The notes under the pieces are model-generated. The model made no database searches. It had not been told where the DNA came from and saw only the letters and a list, made by a program, of their open reading frames with translations. This document shows positions 39,486 through 48,014 of a stretch of 64,000 bases of DNA, piece by piece. The stretch is from positions 128,001 through 192,000 of the forward strand of contig CAWBNQ010000002.1 in assembly GCA_963790205.1 (NCBI GenBank), read 5' to 3'. This DNA is from Nitrospirota bacterium. GTDB taxonomy: Bacteria > Nitrospirota > UBA9217. Both the position numbers and the translations under genes were made by a program. How positions within the stretch are numbered: position 1 is the first letter of the stretch; each line of letters begins with the position of its first letter.

Positions 39486-40430
39486 TCAATACAGCATGCT
39501 GAGCGTCAGCTGTTCCTTCCTGAGTAGGTTGTGTACGATACGTTCGAGGCAGCGCGACGGCCGCGAGTATGGGTATTCGATGGCGAGCGGCCGTTTGCTC
39601 CGGATGGACTGCCATACGCAGTCGTCGTATTCCACATACCCGAGGTATTCGAGGTTGATGCCGAAGTATTTCTGGCAGGCGCTTTTCATCGAGAAGCCTA
39701 TCTGGATGTCGTTCTTGGTCCTCACCTGGTTCACAATAAGCTTGGGCTTGAATTTCAGCACTTCGAGCTCGAGGATCTCGCCCACTTCCCGCTCCATCTG
39801 CTTCACGCGCTCGATCAGATCATAGGGCGTGCGAATGCCCATGGTGTTTTTCTGATCCATGGCCGCATCAATGAGGTCCTTGATCCCCTGATTGGTCACG
39901 ACCTTCTTGAATCGACGGTAGAAGGCGCTCTTGATAAAACGGTAGGCGTTTTCGATTGCGGTGGGCTCGGGCAGCACCACAAGGATGCCATGGTCCGAGA
40001 AGAGGAAAAAATCGAGGATATTAAATGACGTGCCCGCGCCAAGGTCCAGCAGGATATAGTCCGCGTCGAGCGTCTCAAGGTGCCTCAGAAGCCGCGCCTT
40101 TTGCGCGAAATTGGGATTGGCCGCGTCGAGGAAGTCCTGTGCCCCGCTGATCAGGCTGAGGTTCGGTATGCTCGTCTTGATGATCACGTCCTGGATTTTC
40201 TCCGCGCGCCGGTTCAGAAAATCGGAGAGCGTCATCTCAGGGACCCCGATGCCGAGGGTGGTGTGAAGGTTCGCGCCGCCCAGGTCCGCATCGACGAGCA
40301 GCACCTTCTTCTTGAGGTGCGCAAGGTGGATGCCGATATTGCCGGTGATCAGGCTTTTGCCGATCCCGCCTTTGCCGCCGCCGATGGCCCAGATCTCTTT
40401 TTTACGCAGGGCATCCTGAAGTTCTATCAT
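39486..40430 (-). CDS. MinD/ParA/FlhG-family ATPase
   Basis: GGKGGIGKS deviant Walker A, DADLGGANL, LDLGAG, PEPTAIENAY. Confidence 0.9.
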   Translation of the reverse strand: MIELQDALRKKEIWAIGGGKGGIGKSLITGNIGIHLAHLKKKVLLVDADLGGANLHTTLGIGVPEMTLSDFLNRRAEKIQDVIIKTSIPNLSLISGAQDFLDAANPNFAQKARLLRHLETLDADYILLDLGAGTSFNILDFFLFSDHGILVVLPEPTAIENAYRFIKSAFYRRFKKVVTNQGIKDLIDAAMDQKNTMGIRTPYDLIERVKQMEREVGEILELEVLKFKPKLIVNQVRTKNDIQIGFSMKSACQKYFGINLEYLGYVEYDDCVWQSIRSKRPLAIEYPYSRPSRCLERIVHNLLRKEQLTLSMLY

Positions 40431-41095
40431 TCCGTAGCGTTTCCCCCCGTAACGGCCGCGGTCGCCGGATCCTCAACCGCGGACTCTTTCTCCGCAACAG
40501 GTACCTTTCCCGCCGCCGGCGCATCGTCCGCTCCTTCGGCGGGGACTTCTTCCATGACCTCTTCGCCGGCCTCGAGCTCCTGGAACTCCCTGAGCGTCGG
40601 CAGGGCCGAAAGGTCTTTCAGCCCGAAGTACTGGAGAAATTCCAGCGTTGTGCCGTAGAGCATGGGTTTGCCCGGCACGTCTTTTTTGCCCACGATTTTC
40701 ACGAGGCGGCGCTCCATGAGGTTGCGCATGATGCCGCCGATGTTTACGCCGCGGATGGCCTCCACTTCGGAGCGCGTGATGGGCTGCTTGTAGGCGACGA
40801 TGGCGAGCGTTTCGAGCGCGGGTTTCGAGAGCCTGGCCGAGACCTTGACGGACCTGAACTTCCGGATCCAGGCGGCGTTCTCAGGCCTGGTTGCGAACTG
40901 ATATCCGCCGGCCACTTCGGCCAGCATGATGCCCGCGTCGCGTTCGTCGTACTCCTGCCGGAGCGCCTGGAGCTGTGCTTCTATCTGTTCCGCTGTCGCC
41001 TCCTCAAAGATACCCTTGAGCCTGTCCGCGGACAGGGGATTGCCCGAGACGAAAAACAGAGCTTCGATTGCCGATTTTAATTCATTATCTTCCAA
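40427..41095 (-). CDS. scpB: SMC-Scp complex subunit ScpB
   Basis: IEALFF, LSKPALETLAIVAYKQPITRSEVEAIRGV, YGTT..FL.YFGL..L..LP. Confidence 0.95.
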   Translation of the reverse strand: MEDNELKSAIEALFFVSGNPLSADRLKGIFEEATAEQIEAQLQALRQEYDERDAGIMLAEVAGGYQFATRPENAAWIRKFRSVKVSARLSKPALETLAIVAYKQPITRSEVEAIRGVNIGGIMRNLMERRLVKIVGKKDVPGKPMLYGTTLEFLQYFGLKDLSALPTLREFQELEAGEEVMEEVPAEGADDAPAAGKVPVAEKESAVEDPATAAVTGGNATE

Positions 41096-41114
41096 ATACA
41101 GTACCTCTCGATAA

Positions 41115-41178
41115 AATCAGGTTGAGGATAAGGTTCAGGTTGAGAACTTCTTAACCTCAGTCTCGACCTTAGTCTGTC
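41115..41178. repeat. Degenerate hexamer repeat tract in mirrored arrangement
   Basis: GGTTGA GGATAA GGTTCA GGTTGA on the left; TTAACC TCAGTC TCGACC TTAGTC on the right. Confidence 0.65.
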
Positions 41179-41183
41179 TTGCA

Positions 41184-42033
41184 TTACATCCCCGTCGGGT
41201 CTCCGAGTCTCCCTAGGGCCACTTTGGCGTTCATCTTAATGTCGATGTCCGTCGCGGTCTCCATGATCTTCCGGATCTTCGGTACGGCGTCCTTGACGAG
41301 CTCGGGGTTCGAGCTGCCGATGTTTCCGAGCGCCGCTACGGCGTTCTTGACCGCGTTCGGGTGTCCGCTGTCCAAATAGCGCATCAGCCGCGGCACCAGG
41401 CTCGGCCACTTCCTTGGGGTAGTGGAGGCCGATCGCGCCCAATGCGAAGAGTACGCCGCCGCAGGTGGCCTCTTTTGAGAATTCGAGCACCTCCACGAGC
41501 TTGGGCAGGATCCCGCGGATCAACTCCGGCGCGTTGATGCCGACCTTGCCCAGGGCGTGCGCCGCGGCCTCGCGCTCGTCGTCATCGCCCTGCTCGAGCA
41601 TTTGGATCAGGCGCGGGACCGCGTCCCGTACGAGGTCGGTATGGGCAAAGCCGATGTTCCCGAGGGCGTAGGCTGCTTCCTGCCGTACCAGACTTTGCTC
41701 ATGAGCGAGCATGGCCTTCAATTTCGGAGCCGCCTGCGCGGCCGAGTCCTTGAAGGTAAAGCCCAGGTTTCCCACGGCGTTCGCCGCGTCGATCTTGACG
41801 AACATGTCGGGATCGTCCAGGAGCGCGATCAGGGTCGGCAGGTGCGGCCGCGTGTCGTTCGGGTAATCGAAGCCCACCCGCGACAGCAGGTTCAGTACGC
41901 CCGAGCGCACGTCGCCGTTTTTTTCGCTGAGGAGCCCGACGAGGTCGCCGATAAGCGCGCGGTCCGCGTAGACCGCGGTCTCGATGTCGCCGAATTTTTT
42001 CGCCTCGGCAAGCGTCTTGATATCGGGTTTCAT
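41184..42033 (-). pseudogene. HEAT-repeat protein with a single-base frameshift at about 41399-41401
   Basis: Repeats such as P.L..LL.D....V...AA.A(V/L)GN(L/I)G; removing one C on the minus strand gives KEVAELVPRLMRYL and joins ORFs 41236..42033 and 41184..41396. Confidence 0.8.
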
Positions 42034-42043
42034 GGTTTGTGAT

Positions 42044-42110
42044 AACAGTTTAAGCGGTTCAAACGGTTCAAGCAGTTTAAACGGCTTGAACGGATTAAAC
42101 AGTTTGAACT
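42044..42110. repeat. Degenerate 9-bp tandem repeat tract
   Basis: GTTTAAGCG GTTCAAACG GTTCAAGCA GTTTAAACG GCTTGAACG GATTAAACA GTTTGAACT. Confidence 0.7.
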
Positions 42111-42119
42111 TTTAGATTT

Positions 42120-42878
42120 CTATCCGAACAGGTTCCCGGTGGCCGTATCCTGGTCTTGCCGCTCTGTCACGGCCTTCATGATCCGGATGGCGCCGAACTG
42201 CTCGATCTGTACGGCCTTTATCACCCGCGTCTTGATCAGTTCCAGGAGGGCCAGGAACGTGCCGATCACCTGGATCTTCGAGGTGCTTCCTTCGAAGAGG
42301 TCGGCGAACAGCAGGCTGTCCACGGCCTCCAGCCGGGCCAGTATCTGCGAGATCTTCTCGGTGATGGACACGGTTTCGGCTGTGATCTCGAACCTGGCGT
42401 CGGGCACCCGCGCCATCACGTCCTTGAGCGCCGCGAGCAGGTCGAAGAGATGAAAGTCGAAGAGCAGGGGCTCGTCGTCCGCGTGAACGTCGGGCATCGC
42501 TTCGGCAGGCCGCGTGTACACCTTCGACCAGGCCTCCTCCTTGTCTTCGAGGGAGCCGGCGGCCTCCTTGAAGCTCTTGTACTCGAGGAGCCTCCGGATG
42601 AGCTCGGCCTGCGGGTCGACGCCGTCTTCATCGCCTTCGGGGTTCTCGGACGGCGGCAAGAGCATCCTGGACTTGATGTGGGTGAGCGTCGAGGCCATGA
42701 CGAGGAAATCGCCCGCGATCTCCATGTCCAGGCTCTTCATGAGATCGAGGTATTCGAGGTACTGCTGGGTGATGAGCGCGATGGGGATGGAGTAGATATC
42801 GAGTTCGTGCTTCTTGATGAGATACAGGAGAAGGTCCATGGGACCTTCGAAAATCTCGAGTTTTATCTGGTACGACAT
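42120..42878 (-). CDS. scpA: Segregation/condensation protein A (kleisin)
   Basis: FEGPMDLLLYLI...DI..I.I..IT.QYL, FLVMASTL..IKSR.LLP, FLALLEL. Confidence 0.95.
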   Translation of the reverse strand: MSYQIKLEIFEGPMDLLLYLIKKHELDIYSIPIALITQQYLEYLDLMKSLDMEIAGDFLVMASTLTHIKSRMLLPPSENPEGDEDGVDPQAELIRRLLEYKSFKEAAGSLEDKEEAWSKVYTRPAEAMPDVHADDEPLLFDFHLFDLLAALKDVMARVPDARFEITAETVSITEKISQILARLEAVDSLLFADLFEGSTSKIQVIGTFLALLELIKTRVIKAVQIEQFGAIRIMKAVTERQDQDTATGNLFG

Positions 42879-42992
42879 GGGTGGCTTGAGCCCCTCCGTG
42901 CATGGGCCGTACGGGTCCGTGCCATGAAAAATTATTATAGGGAAATTAGCGTTATTTGCCCGAAAAGTCAAGGAAAAACGTTTTACGTTCAT

Positions 42993-43072
42993 GGATTGTG
43001 GATTTCGGATTGTGGACCGGCGTTTTCCAGGGTTCTGTTTTTAAATCCGCATTCCGCAATCGACAATCCGCG
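42993..43072. repeat. Degenerate heptamer repeat tract in mirrored arrangement
   Basis: GGATTGT GGATTTC GGATTGT on the left; AATCCGC ATTCCGC AATCGAC AATCCGC on the right. Confidence 0.7.
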
Positions 43073-43113
43073 ATGGAAACAGTCTGGTATAATGAGAGTG
43101 GGGGAGAAGGAAG

Positions 43114-44094
43114 ATGGCGGCAGACAACGGCGGCTACACGGAAAAAGAACTGCTGCGCATGATCCGCAAGTGGGTGCCGCGGGAACGGGTGCCCAAACGC
43201 GTGAAGATCAAGGACACGTCGGACTTTTTCCGCGTGGACTACGACGACGTGGTCGTGCTCGGCGGCATTCCCTATTTCGTCCGGAACAACGAGCGCGAGG
43301 GCAGGTTCGGCCTCGACGACGAGCAGAAGTTCTGGGTCAAGCGCGCCAGAAATCTCCTCACCGGCGACGTGAAGATCCTGAAATGGGTTTTCAAGGAACG
43401 GTTCGAGGCCAGGATCGGGAACTTCGTGTTCGAGTGCGTACGCAGTCCGCAGAAGGAGGCGCGGATCCTCGAACTGGTGCGCGGCAGGCCGGACTTCATG
43501 CAGGGCGAGACCGTGCTCGATTCCTCGGGGAACCAGCTCCGCATCCTGGATTATATCCGGGGCAAGACGCTCGGACAGCTTACACTCGAGATGGGGAAAG
43601 ACCACGAAGATTTCTTTTACCACCATTATCCCCGGCTCCTCGATGAGTTCATCCGGATCGTCGAGTCCATCCGCTTTCTGCACGATAACAACGAGAAACA
43701 CGGCGATATTCGGCGCGACCACATCATCAAGGACGCCGCGACCGGCGAGTACCGCTGGATCGACTTCGACTTCAGCTACCGCCACGGCGAGAGCCGCTTC
43801 GGCTTCGACCTCTTCGGCCTCGGCAACGTACTGCTCTTCATCACGGGCCGGGGCGACATCACGACGCAGCGACTCCTGCATGAGAGTCCGGAGTTATTGG
43901 ACCGCCTGACCGAAGACGACGTGAACATCGTGTTCCATAACCGTGTGAACAACCTTAAAAAGATCTATCCCTACATCCCGGCGAAGCTGAACCGGGCGCT
44001 GATGCACTTCTCCCTGAGCGCGCAGGTGTACTACGAGGAAACGAAGGAACTGCTCGATGACCTCGGGGAGGCGAGGGAAGAACTGAACCGATAG
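43114..44094 (+). CDS. Atypical Ser/Thr protein kinase-like protein
   Basis: KILK beta-3 lysine, HGDIRRDHII catalytic loop, WIDFD, DLFGLG. Confidence 0.7.
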   Translation: MAADNGGYTEKELLRMIRKWVPRERVPKRVKIKDTSDFFRVDYDDVVVLGGIPYFVRNNEREGRFGLDDEQKFWVKRARNLLTGDVKILKWVFKERFEARIGNFVFECVRSPQKEARILELVRGRPDFMQGETVLDSSGNQLRILDYIRGKTLGQLTLEMGKDHEDFFYHHYPRLLDEFIRIVESIRFLHDNNEKHGDIRRDHIIKDAATGEYRWIDFDFSYRHGESRFGFDLFGLGNVLLFITGRGDITTQRLLHESPELLDRLTEDDVNIVFHNRVNNLKKIYPYIPAKLNRALMHFSLSAQVYYEETKELLDDLGEAREELNR

Positions 44095-44198
44095 CAGACA
44101 GAGTGACGGGGCGAATGGGCGACCAGGAGACAGGTCAATTCGCCCCTTCACCAAGTCCCTACGTCGCCGCGTCATGCATTCCAGAAAGGAGTTTAACC

Positions 44199-44672
44199 TT
44201 GAAGCCCGAAGACACCCCCCTGAAGGACAAGCATCTCCTGATTGCCGTCGACGAATCGGACAGCTCACGCCGCGCCGTGCTGTATGTGGCCGATTTACTC
44301 GGCGGGTTTCCCGGATTCACCGTAACGCTCATGAGGATTGTTCCCGAGCCCGAGGAGGACTTCTTCGACAGCAACGACGAGTTGAACTCCTGGATCAAGG
44401 GACAGATCGACAAATCGAACACGATGCTCGAGAACTACCGCCAAGTCCTGATCCAGTCCGGCTTCCCCGAGGACAAGGTCCGCTACCGCGCCTGCGTGGG
44501 CGAGGCCAAGTCGTTCGCCGAAGCCATCCTCGAGACCCGCTGCGATCTCACCTGCTGCACCGTGGTCGTCGGCCGCCACCATCACTCCAAGGCCGAAGAG
44601 TTCCTTTTCGGCAGCACATCGAGCAAGCTCATCCATGAGGCCAAGAACTGCGCAATATGGGTCGTGGAGTAA
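44199..44672 (+). CDS. Universal stress protein (UspA family)
   Basis: LIAVDESDSSRRAV.Y, VVVGR, FGSTSSKLIH.A.NCAIWVV; TTG start behind AAGGAG. Confidence 0.88.
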   Translation: MKPEDTPLKDKHLLIAVDESDSSRRAVLYVADLLGGFPGFTVTLMRIVPEPEEDFFDSNDELNSWIKGQIDKSNTMLENYRQVLIQSGFPEDKVRYRACVGEAKSFAEAILETRCDLTCCTVVVGRHHHSKAEEFLFGSTSSKLIHEAKNCAIWVVE

Positions 44673-44977
44673 ATCGGCTTACGGCTTGGGGCGGGACCCG
44701 TAGAACAGAACGATCCGTCCTTCCCGAGAAGTATGGGGTAATCTGGTAAATGGAACTATTCTTCTTTTACTCTTTATCTTATTGTTCAATTCCATTATAC
44801 TTTCCGTAAACGATCCATGCATCTCTCCCGGAGATGCCCGGCGATGATATGCTTAACCGGATTTTCAGGATGTTCATTACCCTGAATGGTATGGACAGTT
44901 GCTCGACGGGTTCAGGATGTACGCAAGGATATGAACATGGTCAAATCGCATCAACGCCGCACTCGGAGGAAACTACC

Positions 44978-45556
44978 ATGAAATCCTTCAGAAGCCTGTT
45001 CCCCAGGGAGGACCGCGTCTGCCCTTGGTGGCTGGCGTATTCGTTCGACAATCCTCTTCGCCGTTTCCTGCACGATCCCCAGGCCCTCCTCGGTCCTTTT
45101 GTCAGGGAAGGGATGACGGTCGCTGATATCGGATGCGGCATGGGATTTTTTTCGATCGCTATGGCGAGGATGGCGGGCGACAAAGGGACCGTTATTGCCG
45201 TGGACCTTCAGCAGGAGATGCTCGATAGAATGCAGAAGCGGGCGGAGAAGGCCGGCGTCGCCTCCCAAATCCGCTCTGTTCTTGGAACAGAGGAAGATAT
45301 CGGTATCAAAGAACCGGTTGATTTCGTCCTGGCCTTCTGGATGGTTCACGAAGTGCCCGACATCCCGCAGTTTTTATCGCAGGTCAAGTCCGTCCTGAAG
45401 GGGTCTGGGAAATTTCTTATCGCTGAACCCAGGATGCACGTTCCGAATCGCAAGTTTCAGGAGACTCTCGAATATGCCCGGTCAGCGGGCTTTCAGATCA
45501 GTGCCGCGCCGGGCATCAGGATCAGCCGGGCTGTGATCTTGTCGAGGAATATTTAA
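44978..45556 (+). CDS. Class I SAM-dependent methyltransferase
   Basis: VADIGCGMG, VDLQQEML, FWMVHE; GGAGG RBS. Confidence 0.9.
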   Translation: MKSFRSLFPREDRVCPWWLAYSFDNPLRRFLHDPQALLGPFVREGMTVADIGCGMGFFSIAMARMAGDKGTVIAVDLQQEMLDRMQKRAEKAGVASQIRSVLGTEEDIGIKEPVDFVLAFWMVHEVPDIPQFLSQVKSVLKGSGKFLIAEPRMHVPNRKFQETLEYARSAGFQISAAPGIRISRAVILSRNI

Positions 45557-45698
45557 CGAAGCGTAGTTGTCAGCGTGCGTCAGCTTGGGTTTTGCTGTAC
45601 GAGCGGCACCGCAGGATCGTTTTGCAAACGACCCTTGGACCCGTTGCAGTCCCCGTAGGGACCGCAACGGCGTGACCTTACGGGAGGCCGAAGAGCTT

Positions 45699-47228
45699 AT
45701 GGAAATCCATCGCGTAAAGGAAAAGCGGACCAATCAGAGGCTCGCCATCGGGGTCGGCATCCTCGGTCTCGGGGCGGCTGCCGCGCTTTGTGTCCTCTTT
45801 TATATCGTGATGCTGACAAATCCGGGAATGCTCCTCGGCCTCCTGCCGGGTCCGTCCAGGACCACGACTGTCAGGTCCGACGGCAACCGGATTTATCTTT
45901 TTTCCAGCAAACTTGACATGAGCACGGTTTCCTTTAAAGAGAAACGGGAGGCAGAGGAAAAGACCTACTTCGCTGTTTTAGAGGGAACGGACCTTTCGAA
46001 GCCGCGAGAAATCCCGGCGTTCGTAACTGCGGGCGGCTGGGACGGCCGGATCGTCCTTTTCAATGACGGGGGATACCGCTCTTTTGACGGCACCCGCTGG
46101 ACTGACGTGCGGACGGCCGGCATCGGGAATGGTCCAAAGGGGATCGCAACGCCCCAGGGATTGTACGTCATGAGCAGGTTTGCCGATGGGCTGCACATTA
46201 CCCGGGTCCGGGACGACTCGTCAATAGACATCCCTCTTCCGGAGGAGTTTCTCCGCTCCGGCCCCGACTATGCGTTCCCCTTCTCAGAACTGGTCTGGTA
46301 CCAGGGACAGCTTTGTTTATTCTGGTCAACGAACGACTCCATCAATTGGACGTGCTGGAACGGCGCGGCGTGGGCGCCGGCCGCCGCGTCGCCCTTCTCC
46401 GGAGCATTTCAGGTTACTGCAGACGAGAAGCGGCTGTATTTCATTCACCAGGAAGATGCGGGCCCTCAACGTACGCTCAGCTGCTATGTGTTCGAGAACA
46501 ACGCATGGAGCGGCCCCTCTATCCTCCCCGTGCAGCACGGCTTCAATGACTGGGGAGTATTCGTACACCGGGGGAAACCCCTGCTCTTCGTACGGCGTTC
46601 TTTTTTCCAGACGCTCTACACGATCGAGAAAGGGACCCTTGCAAACCCGATCCGCCTCATAGACACGTTTCATCCGCTGCGTATCGCGGAAAGAATGGCC
46701 CTTATCGCGTTTTTCGCAAGCCTGGCGCTCCTCGTGTTCATCTTTGGCGTCTCGGCGCTCATCGGGACAAACAAGAACCGAAGCTGGCGGCAGGACAAGG
46801 AGCACTATGAGTTTGCCAGCCTGTTCAGGAGGTCCCTCGCGTATTTTATTGACACACTGGTCATCCTCATTCCGGCAGCACTCGTGATCGCGTGGTTTAT
46901 TGCCATGGAGGAAATCCCCTGGAACCCCTTTCAGTTCATGCTCATGGTCCTGTTTACCGCGGCATGGTATCTGCTCGGCGGCTTCCTGTATCATACTCTG
47001 CTCGAAGGCCTGTTCGGTGCGACCCTGGGAAAGAAGATCTGCGATATTAGAGTGCTCAAGGCGGATTTCACCCCCTGCGGGATCGGCGCCGGGTTTCTCC
47101 GGAACCTGCTGCGGATCGTCGATAGTTTCCTTTATTATCTGGTGGGTGCAATTGCCCTGGCAGGAACGCTCAAGTGGCAGCGTCTCGGCGATAGGGCAGC
47201 CGGGACCGTCGTCGTGCGGCAGAAATGA
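45699..47228 (+). CDS. RDD-family membrane protein with a large extracytoplasmic beta-rich domain
   Basis: C-terminal ASLFRR.LAYFID, GATLGK....RV, RNLLRIVD, QRLGD.AAGTVVV. Confidence 0.8.
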   Translation: MEIHRVKEKRTNQRLAIGVGILGLGAAAALCVLFYIVMLTNPGMLLGLLPGPSRTTTVRSDGNRIYLFSSKLDMSTVSFKEKREAEEKTYFAVLEGTDLSKPREIPAFVTAGGWDGRIVLFNDGGYRSFDGTRWTDVRTAGIGNGPKGIATPQGLYVMSRFADGLHITRVRDDSSIDIPLPEEFLRSGPDYAFPFSELVWYQGQLCLFWSTNDSINWTCWNGAAWAPAAASPFSGAFQVTADEKRLYFIHQEDAGPQRTLSCYVFENNAWSGPSILPVQHGFNDWGVFVHRGKPLLFVRRSFFQTLYTIEKGTLANPIRLIDTFHPLRIAERMALIAFFASLALLVFIFGVSALIGTNKNRSWRQDKEHYEFASLFRRSLAYFIDTLVILIPAALVIAWFIAMEEIPWNPFQFMLMVLFTAAWYLLGGFLYHTLLEGLFGATLGKKICDIRVLKADFTPCGIGAGFLRNLLRIVDSFLYYLVGAIALAGTLKWQRLGDRAAGTVVVRQK

Positions 47229-47689
47229 CACGGAGGGGGCTGAGGCTCACTGTCCACACAGGAAAGAGATGATTTGTGAAGAAAGAAGCATCGGATGGAA
47301 AAGCATGAACAACCGAAGAGACTGCTCGTTATTCTAGCCATTCTCGCGTCAATCTATCTCTTGAACGATCTTCTCTTCATGCGGGCGGCGGCCCTCTGGG
47401 GGCCTCCCGATGCTGGCGATGATCAGGGCCGGGTCGGCGGTGCGGTACCGGCCATGATCGTTCACTCTATTACAGACCTGGACCTGGTGAGCCTAGGGGG
47501 TTCGCTCCCGTGACCTGGTTCAAGTTTATGAAGTAAAAACCAGACCAAACCGCTCCTCGCGGGCCTCATTCGTAAATTCGGGAGGAGCTAAAGACAGGCC
47601 GCTGGCGCGGGGTTCCCAAGCCCTGCTCTCTTTCAGCCTTGTTTCATGCCCTCTTCAGAGCTAAAAATTATTACACCCGCGTGAAATTT

Positions 47690-47737
47690 GGACTAAATAT
47701 GGTATAAGTTTTGGCTTGACAACACAACATGTTGTGT
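47690..47737. promoter_or_regulatory. nrdR-box: Tandem NrdR boxes
   Basis: GGACTAAATATGGTAT (47690) and perfect palindrome ACACAACATGTTGTGT (47722), 32 bp apart, upstream of nrdJ. Confidence 0.85.
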
Positions 47738-47743
47738 TATACT
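47716..47743 (+). promoter_or_regulatory. Sigma-70 promoter for nrdJ
   Basis: TTGACA-16 bp-TATACT; the spacer is exactly the second NrdR box. Confidence 0.8.
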
Positions 47744-48014
47744 TCACAACAGTTTGCGAATTAATTCATAAGCCTTGCAGCACCCGTTTCAACCCGCATT
47801 ACCTTGTTTGTCTTCAAAACTGAACACCCAAAAACGCGACAGGCGGTAAATCAGACATGATGCGGTGTTTGTGTTTTACGAATAACTTCTCAGTCGTAAC
47901 ATTCTGTTCTTCCGATCGGAAGAACAGAGAGCGATAAGGAGTACTGAAATCAGGGCGAGGACCTCGCCCTGATTTTGTTTTCATCTCAATCTTATTATAC
48001 AGGAGGGGGTTTTT

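Noticed and set aside
39381..42110. Short repeat tracts as CRISPR arrays
   Set aside because: Units are 6-9 bp, degenerate and without spacers; no cas genes in the window
47750..48014. Cobalamin riboswitch upstream of nrdJ
   Set aside because: No B12-box or GGGAA/GCCACTG core visible; kept only as an unclassified structured leader
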